Origin: Cyanobacteriota bacterium
GTDB taxonomy: Bacteria > Cyanobacteriota > Cyanobacteriia > PCC-6307 > Cyanobiaceae
Reading direction: 5' to 3'
NCBI GenBank assembly: GCA_046052125.1
Contig: JBJOMY010000003.1
Span: forward strand, 224,001-288,000
Length of the DNA stretch: 64,000 nucleotides
Below are positions 1 through 8,727 of this stretch, one piece after another. The stretch's first letter is position 1. The number at the start of each line of letters is the position of its first letter. Made by a program: the position numbers and the translations under genes. The notes under the pieces were generated by a model, which was not told the DNA's origin, made no database searches, and worked only from the letters and a program-made list of their open reading frames with translations.

Positions 1-874
1 CCATTCTCTGGGCCTCTGGATGCATGGTGAAGATCCGCTCGCACAGGCTCACGAAGCTTTCGCGATCATTCACGGCGAACAGATTGGCCCAGTGAATCGT
101 TTTTCTCTGGTGGGTCAGCGTGCCGAGCCTTAATGCCCCTGGATCCGGTTGTGCCGCCTGCATGGCGGCCAGGGCACGCTGCCTTGAGAGGCCGATCTGA
201 TCGGCCACTGCGTAGCCGATCGCCACGTTGTCTTCGATGGCGAAATGGTTGAACGCTTTTAAGCTCTCCGGGGCAATGGTGCTGCCATTTACCACGATCA
301 ACTGCGTGCCGTGTTGTTCTGCTTGCTGCTGCAGGATGGCCTGCAATGTTGGGTTCTGCTCGGCCGTGATCAGGATCCCATGATTGGGGATCGCTCGCGC
401 TAAAGAGCGGGCGATCTCTTCAAGGGTTTCACCGAGGTAGTCGGTGTGGTCGAGCCGGATATTGGTGATCACGCCAATGCTCGACTGCATCACCTTCTGC
501 TCCAGCCATTCCCCATAGGCCGGATTGACGGCCATGCATTCCACGACCGCTGCTTCGGCGCCGTTGTCACTGAACTGCCGGAGGATGCCCACCTGCTCGT
601 TCACGTTGGGCATCCCTTTGCGTTGGACGCTCTGTTCGGTCCCATCAGGCAAAAGGATCCGAGCAGCACTGCCTGTTGTTTTGGCAAAGGTTCGATACCC
701 CTGCTCTCGAAAGATGGCGGCGAGATAGCGCGTTGTTGTTGACTTGCCCCGGATTCCATTGACATGAACGCGCCAGCGAATCGACGAGCGGGCCATCTCA
801 AACCGGCGATAGCGATCCAGGGTTTGATGGAGGAAAGCTGTAACAAGCAGCAGATACAGCAAATAGCCCGTCAA
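1..874 (-). CDS. capB: Poly-gamma-glutamate synthase PgsB/CapB (Mur-ligase fold); partial, 3' end runs off the window
   Basis: Not in the ORF track. Manual translation from TTG 874 (in-frame stop upstream at 935-937): N-terminal hydrophobic anchor, then VHVNGIRGKSTTTR (P-loop), AKTTGSAAR, PNVNEQ, VVECMAVNP, ITNIRLDH, PDPGAL, FAVNDRES. These are CapB/PgsB motifs; the frame is open to base 1. Confidence 0.9.
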   Translation of the reverse strand, partial: MTGYLLYLLLVTAFLHQTLDRYRRFEMARSSIRWRVHVNGIRGKSTTTRYLAAIFREQGYRTFAKTTGSAARILLPDGTEQSVQRKGMPNVNEQVGILRQFSDNGAEAAVVECMAVNPAYGEWLEQKVMQSSIGVITNIRLDHTDYLGETLEEIARSLARAIPNHGILITAEQNPTLQAILQQQAEQHGTQLIVVNGSTIAPESLKAFNHFAIEDNVAIGYAVADQIGLSRQRALAAMQAAQPDPGALRLGTLTHQRKTIHWANLFAVNDRESFVSLCERIFTMHPEAQRM

Positions 875-1052
875 CGCGACGATGGTCGGATGTGATGGGT
901 ATTGTTGATTTCCAGTGCGGCCTAAATGTTGTTGTCATGGTGATTTGCCGGCTGATCGCTGTGGATCTGCTGCGGGTTCCAGTGGATCCGTTGTTTGGCT
1001 GCCCCTGTTCTTGTCGAGCCCTTTAAGGCTGAGCTGACTTGACGGCTGATGG

Positions 1053-3110
1053 GTGTTGCGCTGCCTGGTTGCGGTTCTGGTGGTCACGCTGCCTTTAACA
1101 GCCTGTGGCGTTCGGCGTGGCGTGGTCAGTGGCCGCGTGCTTGATCTCAATGGCAAGCCGATTGCAGCCGTTGAGATTCGCCACGGCCAGACCCGCGCCT
1201 GGAGTGGCTCAGATGGGCGCTTTCGCTTTGAGTCGCTCGCCCAGCCGGGGTGGATTGAGGCCTCTCGTGCCGGCTATGCCTCCGCCCTGCGTCCTGTGCA
1301 GCCGGGGCTTCCCACGCTGGTCCGTTTGAGCCCGGCAGACAGCGACACCGTGGTGCTCCATGCCGTTGGCGATGTGATGGCCGGTCGTCGCTTTTTCACC
1401 GGTGATCCGGCCACGCAGCACGCACCTCAGCTGCTGCCGGGCGGTGGCGTTGAGGCGCACCAGCGATTGCTGCAGGCGGTGCAGCCGTTGCTGGCTCGCG
1501 CCGATCTCAGCTTGGTGAATCTTGAAAGTCCGCTGCTTCCTGATCCCGTAGCGGAGCGAGCGGGGATTCGCGCAGCGACGTTTCATTCCACCAAGGACTA
1601 TGTGTTCGCCAGCTCGATGGCGCTCCCGGAGGCGTTGCGACGTGTGGGTGTGGACCTGGTGGGTCTGGCCAATAACCACGTTTATGACGCCTTCTCTGAT
1701 GGCTTGCGCTCCACCCTTGAAACCCTCCATTTGGCAGGGTTCCGGCCTGGTGAGGGGATGTTCGGGGCGGGCTCAACGGCTGATCAGGCCTGGCATCCAG
1801 CGCGGTGGCCCGCCAAAGGGCAGACGATCTCTGTTCTGGGATGCACCACCATTCATGGCAGTCAGCATCCGATCAGCTACATCGCGTCGGATGAGCAACA
1901 GAAGGCTGGAGCCGCCCTCTGCGAGGCCCATCGGCTCACGGCAGCCGTTCGGGCCGCCCAACGGTTGGGTCCGGTGGTGGTGGTTCTCCACGGAGGCAAT
2001 GAATACCAGAGCGATCCCACTCCGCCGATTGAGCAGATGGTGGAGGTGGCGCGACGCGCAGGCGCCAGGCTGGTGCTCAATCACCACTCCCATGTGCTGG
2101 GTGGACTGCGCTGGGATGGCCGCAGCCTGGTGGCCCTGGGTCTGGGCAATCTTCTGTTTGATCAGACGCTCTGGAGCACCTTTCCCTCTCAGCTGCTCGA
2201 GGTGCAGTTGCGCCGGGGTGTCGTGCAGCGGGTGATCGTCTACCCACTGCTGCTGCATCGCTACCGCCCCTATCCCGCTGCTGGAGCTCTGGCTGACTGG
2301 ATCCTGCGGGGGATCGCTGCCAAGAGCTCTGCCCCCTGGGTGATTCAAGGGGGTGTGATGGAGCTGGATCTCTCAGGGAATGCTGATCGGCTAAAGCGTT
2401 GGCTGCCGGTGTCTGCCGGGACGGCCACATCCCGGCTTTGGCCCTTGCCCGCCAACGCCACGGTGTGTGGCTGGCGAGGGGGGGCTCCGCTGGAGCAGGG
2501 CCGTTCGTTGCTGGGGGTCGGCGACTTAGAAGATCAACTGGTGGGTGCGAGTCCTGGCACAGGTGCGCTCTGGGCTCTGTTTCACAACGACCAGCGCTTG
2601 GAGCGCGGTGCTGCACGAACCGGTGCGTATGGGGTGCGATTGAGGCGTTCGTCGTTGCATCGTCAACCGGTGCTGCTCAGGCCCCTGCATCGCATTGCCG
2701 TGCAACCGGGTGAGCGCCTCACGTTTTTGGCATGGATGCGGGGGGGGCAGGGGAGCCGCCCGCGGCTTCAGATCAGCTGGTACGGCGCCTGGCGGGGGCC
2801 ATCGGTGGCGCGGGTGACGCGTTTGATCACCCTGCCATCGTCGAACCGTTGGCAGCCGGTTCGCCTCGATCTGCAGGTTCCAGACCATGCCGTGGCGGTG
2901 AGCCCTGCCATTGCGCTTGATCCACCTGGCTTGGGACAGCAGTGGCTGGATCTCGATGATCTGGATCTCATTCGCTGGCAGCAGCCCGGTGCGATGCAGG
3001 CTCAGCCGGTGGATTGGCTGCGCAGTCGTGGTGCTGGGAGCGTGTGCTTGAGCCGGGCGCACTGGCGGGGTGAGACTCCGCAGCCGCTGGCGCTGCGGCC
3101 TTGGCCCTGA
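1053..3110 (+). CDS. capA: CapA/PgsA-family (PGA_cap metallophosphoesterase-fold) lipoprotein with N-terminal carboxypeptidase-regulatory-like domain and C-terminal CBM-like beta domain
   Basis: Lipobox LPLTAC; VSGRVLDLNGKPIAAVEI domain; CapA motifs AVGDVM, VNLESPL, GLANNHVYD, LHGGNEY, NHHSHV, LGLGNLLFDQ. Divergent from capB. Confidence 0.85.
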   Translation: MLRCLVAVLVVTLPLTACGVRRGVVSGRVLDLNGKPIAAVEIRHGQTRAWSGSDGRFRFESLAQPGWIEASRAGYASALRPVQPGLPTLVRLSPADSDTVVLHAVGDVMAGRRFFTGDPATQHAPQLLPGGGVEAHQRLLQAVQPLLARADLSLVNLESPLLPDPVAERAGIRAATFHSTKDYVFASSMALPEALRRVGVDLVGLANNHVYDAFSDGLRSTLETLHLAGFRPGEGMFGAGSTADQAWHPARWPAKGQTISVLGCTTIHGSQHPISYIASDEQQKAGAALCEAHRLTAAVRAAQRLGPVVVVLHGGNEYQSDPTPPIEQMVEVARRAGARLVLNHHSHVLGGLRWDGRSLVALGLGNLLFDQTLWSTFPSQLLEVQLRRGVVQRVIVYPLLLHRYRPYPAAGALADWILRGIAAKSSAPWVIQGGVMELDLSGNADRLKRWLPVSAGTATSRLWPLPANATVCGWRGGAPLEQGRSLLGVGDLEDQLVGASPGTGALWALFHNDQRLERGAARTGAYGVRLRRSSLHRQPVLLRPLHRIAVQPGERLTFLAWMRGGQGSRPRLQISWYGAWRGPSVARVTRLITLPSSNRWQPVRLDLQVPDHAVAVSPAIALDPPGLGQQWLDLDDLDLIRWQQPGAMQAQPVDWLRSRGAGSVCLSRAHWRGETPQPLALRPWP

Positions 3111-3399
3111 GGGCCTGCTCACGCAACCGTTGTTTTGCCGCCTCCAGCACCTGGCGCTGCAGCGGATCCAGCTTGCGGCCGGCCCGGTTGATGTAGAGGC
3201 AGAGCATCGCCATCGCACTGGCGTAGGCGCTGCGCTTGCGGCTGCTGCTGCGCTGGGCTGAGCGCAGCAGTGAGGCGGCGATCTGCTCGGGATCACTCCA
3301 GGTGAACACGCCGGCATCGAGATCGAGCGCCGGCGGGCGCAGGGCCACTTGGGCCGACCAACGCCGGGGAGTCGATCCGGGTTTGCGTGCGCCCCTCAT
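2968..3399 (-). CDS. DUF3175-family protein
   Basis: RRWSAQV...ALDLDAGVFTWSDPEQIAASLLRSAQRSSSRK...SAMAMLCLYINRAG matches the family pattern; ATG at 3399; 3' end overlaps capA. Confidence 0.75.
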   Translation of the reverse strand: MRGARKPGSTPRRWSAQVALRPPALDLDAGVFTWSDPEQIAASLLRSAQRSSSRKRSAYASAMAMLCLYINRAGRKLDPLQRQVLEAAKQRLREQALRAKAAAPAAAESHPASAPGSSTRSQHHDCAANPPAEPASHRAAASE

Positions 3400-3544
3400 G
3401 TGATCAAGCTGCTGGCGCCGCTCAGCTTTGGGGTGGCATGCAGCGGCCTTACGGCGCTGCAGCGTTGAAGTCACCTCAGATGTACGGCGGCGGACCACCA
3501 GAGGTTGTGATTGCCGATTGGGTATGGCGAGTCTTTGTGGTGCC

Positions 3545-4744
3545 ATGCCCGTTCCCGCCAGTCTGGCCGCGATCGTCCAGGCCGCTGATGTGCAATTCAA
3601 TGGCGAGCGGCCCTGGGATCTGCAGGTGCACAATCCGCGCCTCTATGGGGCGCTGCTGCGCCACGGCTCCCTGGCACTGGGCAATGGCTATGTACGCGGT
3701 GATTGGGATTGCCAACAGCTGGATGAGTTGATCTGCCGGCTGCTGCGCAGCGATGGCAATCGGCCGCTCACGCTGCGTTCGCGTCTGGTGGATCTGGGCC
3801 GAATCCTGCGGGATCAGCTCACCAACCCCCAGGGATTGCATCGCGCCTTTCTGGTGGGGCGGCGTCACTACGACATCGATCCACGCGTGTATGCCGCGAT
3901 GCTGGATCCGCAGATGGTGTACAGCTGCGGCTACTGGCGCCACGCAGGCAGCCTCAGCGAAGCGCAGGATCACAAGCTGCGGTTGATCTGCGAAAAGCTG
4001 CAGCTGCGCCCCGGCATGCGCCTGCTGGATGTGGGCTGCGGCTGGGGCTCTCTGGCCGCCTATGCATGCCGTCACTACGGCGTGGAGGTGGTGGGGATCA
4101 CCGTGTCTGCGCAGCAGGCCAGCTGGATCGGTGAGCATCTGGCGCATCTGCCCATTCGGGTGGAAGTGTGCGACTACCGCCAGTTGCCGGCGCGGGATCC
4201 CGGCTACTTCGATCGCATCGCCTCGGTGGGCATGTTTGAGCATGTGGGCCGCCGCAATGACGGCACCTTCTTCCGCACGTTGCAGCGCTTGTTGCATCCT
4301 GATGGTCTGGTGTTGCTGCACACGATCGGGACGGCCCGCAGCACGCCTCGCACCGATCCCTGGATTGATCGCTACATCTTTCCGGGAGGGCGATTGCCCT
4401 CGGCCTGTCAGCTCTCTCGCGGGCTGGAAGCGCAGTTTCTGATTGAAGACTGGGAAAACTTCGGCCCTGACTACGACCGCACCTTGCTGGCCTGGTGGCA
4501 GAACTTTGAAGAGGCTTGGCCGGCCCTGGAGCACGACAGCCGGCCTGAGTTTTTCCGCTTCTGGCGCTATTACCTGCTCAGCTGTGCGGGCTTTTTTCGC
4601 TCCCGCCAGGGGCAGCTCTGGCAGGTGGTGTTGAGCCGGCCGGAGCGCTCTGCCTCCTATCAATCCTGGCGGCCGGCGCGTGTGGATCAGCCCACATTGG
4701 CGCTGCATGACGAAGCGATCCAAGGGCAACCTTGCTCAATGTGA
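3545..4744 (+). CDS. cfa: Cyclopropane-fatty-acyl-phospholipid synthase
   Basis: NGERPWDLQVHN, HYD, MVYSCGYW, LLDVGCGWG, SVGMFEHVG, DPWIDRYIFPGG, YYLLSCAGFFRSR. Start is ATG 3545 or 3524. Confidence 0.92.
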   Translation: MPVPASLAAIVQAADVQFNGERPWDLQVHNPRLYGALLRHGSLALGNGYVRGDWDCQQLDELICRLLRSDGNRPLTLRSRLVDLGRILRDQLTNPQGLHRAFLVGRRHYDIDPRVYAAMLDPQMVYSCGYWRHAGSLSEAQDHKLRLICEKLQLRPGMRLLDVGCGWGSLAAYACRHYGVEVVGITVSAQQASWIGEHLAHLPIRVEVCDYRQLPARDPGYFDRIASVGMFEHVGRRNDGTFFRTLQRLLHPDGLVLLHTIGTARSTPRTDPWIDRYIFPGGRLPSACQLSRGLEAQFLIEDWENFGPDYDRTLLAWWQNFEEAWPALEHDSRPEFFRFWRYYLLSCAGFFRSRQGQLWQVVLSRPERSASYQSWRPARVDQPTLALHDEAIQGQPCSM

Positions 4745-4796
4745 GTGCGGATTCTGGGAATCACCGGAGGATTGAGCGCCATCACGTTCCGCGTCC

Positions 4797-5636
4797 ATGA
4801 GTGATGCCTTTGGCGACTATCTGCGCAACATTGGCCGGATTCCGTTGTTAACAGCTCAGGAGGAAGTGCATCTCGGCACGATCGTGAAAGATTGGATGGA
4901 AAGCGATGCGCCATCCCCTGCCCTGCAACGCCGAGGTCGCCGTGCCCTGCAACGCATCGTGACGGCCAATTTGCGCCTGGTGGTGACTGTGGCCCTGCGC
5001 TACATCCGCCGGCTCAAGCATCTCGCCCATGACCCGATGGATCTCGTGCAGGCCGGCAACCTGGGCCTGCTGCGCGCCGCAGAGAAGTACGACCCCACTC
5101 GCGGCTACAAGTTTTCCACCTACGGCTACTGGTGGATTCGCCAATCGATCAATCGCTACCTGCAGGAGCACAGCGGCAGCATTCGCATCCCTGTCAACCT
5201 GGTGAGCCTTGCTAATCGGGCGGATTCGCTTCAGAGCCTGCGCAGTCAGCCCTTGAGTGTGGATCAGCTGGCTGATGCCCTGGGCGAGTCGCCGGAGCGA
5301 TTGTTGTATGCCATGGCGATTCAGCATCGCAGCAGCACCGTGTCGCTCGATCAGCAACTCTCCGGCAGTGATGGCGACATGACCCTGCTCGATACCGTGA
5401 CCGACGATCATCAGCCGATCATTCACGATGATTACCGCTGGATGCACAGCCAGCTCCAGCACCTCTCAACGCCGGAGCTGATGGTGATCCAATTGCGCTA
5501 CGGCGAAGATAAGCACCGCTCTTTCGCAGAGGTGGCTCGCTTGGTGGGCCGCAGCAAGGATCAGGTGCAGCGTTTAGAGCGTCACGCTCTCACCAAGTTG
5601 CGCAGGCATCTTGCACCTGCGCTCTATCCGCAGTGA
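4797..5636 (+). CDS. Sigma-70 family RNA polymerase sigma factor (group 2, RpoD-like)
   Basis: Region 1.2 DYLRNIGRIPLLTAQEE; ANLRLVV; DLVQAGNLGL; GYKFSTYGYWWIRQ; region 4 HTH. Confidence 0.92.
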   Translation: MSDAFGDYLRNIGRIPLLTAQEEVHLGTIVKDWMESDAPSPALQRRGRRALQRIVTANLRLVVTVALRYIRRLKHLAHDPMDLVQAGNLGLLRAAEKYDPTRGYKFSTYGYWWIRQSINRYLQEHSGSIRIPVNLVSLANRADSLQSLRSQPLSVDQLADALGESPERLLYAMAIQHRSSTVSLDQQLSGSDGDMTLLDTVTDDHQPIIHDDYRWMHSQLQHLSTPELMVIQLRYGEDKHRSFAEVARLVGRSKDQVQRLERHALTKLRRHLAPALYPQ

Positions 5637-5657
5637 GGGCATAGCGCTGGAGATCGT

Positions 5658-5686
5658 GCCCCGGAGATTAAAGCGGTCTCCGGGGT
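5658..5686. terminator. Stem-loop between convergent sigma and RHH genes (possible bidirectional terminator)
   Basis: CCCCGGAGA-N9-TCTCCGGGG 9-bp inverted repeat; no clear U-tract. Confidence 0.4.
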
Positions 5687-5695
5687 GATCCAGCA

Positions 5696-5977
5696 TCAGA
5701 AATTTCTCGTTTTCATCCGTGCTGCGGCATGGGCCGGCGGCTGTAGCCCGTTTCCGTGACCGTTGCCATGGCCGTTCCCGTGGCCGTTGCTGCCGGGCTG
5801 TTGAATCAGGCTGCGTTGCTGATCGCGCAGGGCGTCCTCTAGGAGAAAGGCACACAGATTGGAGACGGAACGTCCCTCCTCTTCCGAGCGTGTGAGCAGC
5901 GCCTCGTGCACGTGGTAGCTGAGGGTGATGGAGATGCGTTTGGGCTGGCGCTGAAGCACGCGAAAACGCTCGTTCAT
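5696..5977 (-). CDS. Ribbon-helix-helix (CopG/Arc-like) DNA-binding protein with (NGHG)n tail
   Basis: KRISITLS...EALLTRSEEEGRSVSNLCAFLLE is a cyanobacterial RHH pattern. Confidence 0.8.
   Translation of the reverse strand: MNERFRVLQRQPKRISITLSYHVHEALLTRSEEEGRSVSNLCAFLLEDALRDQQRSLIQQPGSNGHGNGHGNGHGNGLQPPAHAAARMKTRNF
5747..5788 (-). repeat. 12-bp imperfect coding tandem repeat encoding NGHG x3 + NG
   Basis: aac ggc cac ggg / aac ggc cat ggc / aac ggt cac gga / aac ggg. Confidence 0.85.
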
Positions 5978-6105
5978 CTCAAAACTCCGCAGTTGAATGT
6001 GGAACAGATGCCGAGAGACTTCAGCTTTGCTGTATCTCTCAGCAACTTGAGAATACGAGCCTTAAAAGGCAGCGAAGTGCGCCGTTGTGATGATGAGGCA
6101 CTGTG

Positions 6106-6127
6106 GTTCTGCTGCAGCTTGCAGAAC
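6106..6127. promoter_or_regulatory. Inverted repeat GTTCTGC-N8-GCAGAAC, candidate operator upstream of the RHH gene
   Basis: Perfect 7-bp inverted repeat in intergenic DNA; the related half-site recurs upstream of the other RHH genes. Confidence 0.4.
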
Positions 6128-6131
6128 TCCT

Positions 6132-6833
6132 CTACAAATCGTCTGTACCCATGAATCTTCTCTGCCTGAACTGCTCGGTGAACCAGCTGTAGCTCTGCTC
6201 GGCCACGGCATCGAGGCTGCCGGGTTCGGTGAATAGATGGCTGGCCTGGGGTACCACCACCAGTTCGTTGCGCACCTGCAGTTGGCCAGCCGCCCAGGCA
6301 TTGAGTTCCAGCACGTCGAGGTCGTGGCCGCCCACGATCAGCAGCACGGGGCAGCGCACCTCTGCCAGCCGTTGAAACACCAGATCGGGACGGCCTCCGC
6401 GGGACACCACCGTCTGCACCCGCTGCGGTCGCTCCGCTGCTGCCACCAAGGCCAAGGCGGCTCCCGTGCTGGCGCCGAACAGTCCGAGGTTGAGGTGTTG
6501 AAGCGCCGGCTGGCGACCCGTCCAGTCGATCACGCTCAGCAACCGTTGTTGCAGAGGCGGCAGGGAGGCCAGGGTGCGCTGGTTGGTGCTGTTGTGATTG
6601 GTCTCCAGATCAAAGAGGAGCGTGGCGAGGCCACCGCGTTGCAGATGATCGGCCACATGCAGATTGCGGGGGCTGAAGCGATTGCTGCCCGATCCGTGGC
6701 AGAACACCACCAGGCCTGAGGCACCGGCCGGCAGGGTGAGCTCGGCGTTGAGGTTGCCACCTGGGGCGGGAATGCCGAGATGCGTTGGGCTGGTGGCGGG
6801 GGCCATGCGGGCAAGACCACGGACTCTCTCCAT
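6132..6833 (-). CDS. Dienelactone-hydrolase-like alpha/beta hydrolase (type usually fused or linked to phosphoribosyltransferases)
   Basis: VVFCHGSGSNRFSPRN, nucleophile elbow GLFGASTG, VVSRGGRPDL, LLIVGGHD, ASHLFTEPG. Confidence 0.85.
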   Translation of the reverse strand: MERVRGLARMAPATSPTHLGIPAPGGNLNAELTLPAGASGLVVFCHGSGSNRFSPRNLHVADHLQRGGLATLLFDLETNHNSTNQRTLASLPPLQQRLLSVIDWTGRQPALQHLNLGLFGASTGAALALVAAAERPQRVQTVVSRGGRPDLVFQRLAEVRCPVLLIVGGHDLDVLELNAWAAGQLQVRNELVVVPQASHLFTEPGSLDAVAEQSYSWFTEQFRQRRFMGTDDL

Positions 6834-6950
6834 CAGAGAAAGCTCTGGCAGCTGCCCTTGGCGGGCGCGGCAGGTTTGCCGCGGATCAGCGCAGCGGATC
6901 TCCCAGCGGCTTCATTGTCTTCAGCATCCGCTTCCTTTGATCCTCGCGGA

Positions 6951-7193
6951 ATGGATCGCTGGCGGATTCAATTGCTACCTCCACCGGGCATGCAGCGGGC
7001 ACGGCCGCGCTGGCTTTGCCCTGATGGTGGCTTCAGCCTTGATCAGCGCAGGGCCTGGGTGGTGATGGAGCCGCGCTGGGCAGGAGCACGCATTCAGTGC
7101 TGGCTGGAGCTCAAGGGGCGCGGCCCTGGCTATCTGCAACGCATGCGATTGGTGCACAGCTGCAGCATTGCAGCTGCAGAACCAGCGTTGTAG
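6951..7193 (+). CDS. Hypothetical protein (80 aa, Trp/Arg-rich)
   Basis: ATG-started ORF filling the gap before cyAbrB; no recognised motif. Confidence 0.45.
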   Translation: MDRWRIQLLPPPGMQRARPRWLCPDGGFSLDQRRAWVVMEPRWAGARIQCWLELKGRGPGYLQRMRLVHSCSIAAAEPAL

Positions 7194-7245
7194 GAACGCC
7201 AGGCAATTGGCTGCCCTTAGATCATGGCCGCTGCTCGCTCACGCC

Positions 7246-7635
7246 ATGCTTCAAGGTGATCCATTGCTTTCCAAACTCCAGCAGTTGCGAGGGTTGAATC
7301 GCTCTGAGCTCGTGCGGGCCTGCGGTTATGTGAGCCATGCCGAGGATGGCCGTGAGCGTTTGCATTTCACCGATTTTTATGAAGCGATCCTGGAGGCCAA
7401 GGGTGTGCATCTTCCTGGCCAGGGTGGCCGGGCTCTGGCACGCCGCAGTGCCCAGGGGCGGCAGCTGAGCTTTAACACCCATGTGCATTTCAACGGCAAC
7501 TTGATGGTGGGTCGCGCCTACACCGAGAAGTTGCATCTTCAGCCTGGCGATCAGTTTCGGATTCATCTCAATGGCGGCGAAATCCGCTTGATTCCCCTCA
7601 ATGGCAAAGGGGAGGCCATGAGAGAGGAGGAGTGA
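7246..7635 (+). CDS. Cyanobacterial AbrB-like transcriptional regulator (cyAbrB)
   Basis: LVRACGYVS...RLHFTDFYEAILEAKG...VHFNGNLMVGRAYT...PGDQFRI. Confidence 0.88.
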   Translation: MLQGDPLLSKLQQLRGLNRSELVRACGYVSHAEDGRERLHFTDFYEAILEAKGVHLPGQGGRALARRSAQGRQLSFNTHVHFNGNLMVGRAYTEKLHLQPGDQFRIHLNGGEIRLIPLNGKGEAMREEE

Positions 7636-7682
7636 TCACCCTCCTGATCGTTGATCTCGTTCCCTTCTGACGCTGTGCTGCG

Positions 7683-8678
7683 ATGACCCCCTATCCCGAC
7701 TATCCAACCCCCGCTGATGAGGAGCAGCGGCTGCGGGCGCTGCGGCGCTTCGCTGTTCTGGATACCCCTTCCGATCCCCACTTCGATCGGATCGTGGCCT
7801 TGGCGTCTGAGGTGCTGGGGGTGCCGATCGCCTTGGTGTCGCTAGTGGATCAGGATCGCCAGTGGTTTTTGGCGCGGCATGGTTTGGAGGTGCAGGAGAC
7901 ACCGCGCACCATGGCCTTCTGTGCCCATGCCATTGCCCAGCACGATCTGTTTGAAGTGCCCGATGCGCTCGACGACGAGCGCTTCAACACCAACCCTTTG
8001 GTGCTCAACCCCCCCAAGGTGCGCTTCTACGCCGGCGTGCCGCTGCAATCCGAGCAGGGTCACAACTTGGGCACGCTCTGCGTGATCGATTGCAAACCGC
8101 GGGTGCTCGATCCCCATCAGCGGGTGATGTTGCAGCTGATGGCCGATCTGGTGATGCGGGAGCTGGAGCTGCGGCAGCGCAGCATGCAATGCCCGGTGAC
8201 TGGTCTTTACAACCGCAGTGTGTTTTTTCGCTTTGGCGAATTGGAGTTTGAGCACGCCCGCGACGAGAGCCTGCCGTTGGCGCTGTTCAATTTCGACATC
8301 GATGACTTTCGCCAGATCAACATGCGCTGGGGGCATCAGGCGGGGGATCAGGTGTTGCTCGATCTTTGCGCTGTTGCCCAGCAGCAACTCAGCCCGGATG
8401 ATCTATTCGGCCGCATCGGGGATGAGGAGTTTTCAATCCTGCTGGTGAATGCCTCCATCTCAAGGGCGAACCAGCTGGCTGAAGAGATCCGGCTGGCCAT
8501 TGCCGGTATGCGGGGCATTTTTGATCACTCCGATTACCACCCCAACATCAGCGGCGGGATCACGGCCCTGGCGGATAGTGATCAGAGTTTTGCGGATCTC
8601 TTTTACCGCGCCGATCAAGCGCTGTACCTGGCCAAAGGCAATGGCCGCAATCAGATTGCTTCACTGCAGGTGGAATGA
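7683..8678 (+). CDS. GAF + GGDEF-domain protein (degenerate GDEEF site)
   Basis: EEQRLRAL...LDT...FDRI...SLVDQDRQWF...FCAHAI...DERF..NPLV...RFYAGVPL (GAF); DIDDFRQIN..WGHQAGD, GRIGDEEF, ADQALYLAKGNGRN. Confidence 0.9.
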   Translation: MTPYPDYPTPADEEQRLRALRRFAVLDTPSDPHFDRIVALASEVLGVPIALVSLVDQDRQWFLARHGLEVQETPRTMAFCAHAIAQHDLFEVPDALDDERFNTNPLVLNPPKVRFYAGVPLQSEQGHNLGTLCVIDCKPRVLDPHQRVMLQLMADLVMRELELRQRSMQCPVTGLYNRSVFFRFGELEFEHARDESLPLALFNFDIDDFRQINMRWGHQAGDQVLLDLCAVAQQQLSPDDLFGRIGDEEFSILLVNASISRANQLAEEIRLAIAGMRGIFDHSDYHPNISGGITALADSDQSFADLFYRADQALYLAKGNGRNQIASLQVE

Positions 8679-8727
8679 GCCGCCTGCCGATCAGCAGGCG
8701 GCTGATGCGCTCAAGCCGCCGGCTCCC

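Noticed and set aside
1..874. Edge ORF as cyanophycin synthetase or a MurC-F ligase
   Set aside because: It begins with a TM anchor directly before the P-loop, lacks an ATP-grasp domain, has CapB-type ECMAV and AVND motifs and neighbours capA.
2478..2747. G7 and G8 runs inside capA as phase-variation sites
   Set aside because: Short G runs encoding Arg-Gly-Gly are expected at this GC content, and the frame is intact.
4772..4785. FNR/CRP-like box TTGAG-N4-ATCAC before the sigma gene
   Set aside because: Two mismatches, only 11 bp from the ATG, and no matching boxes found before hox, nifJ or cfa.
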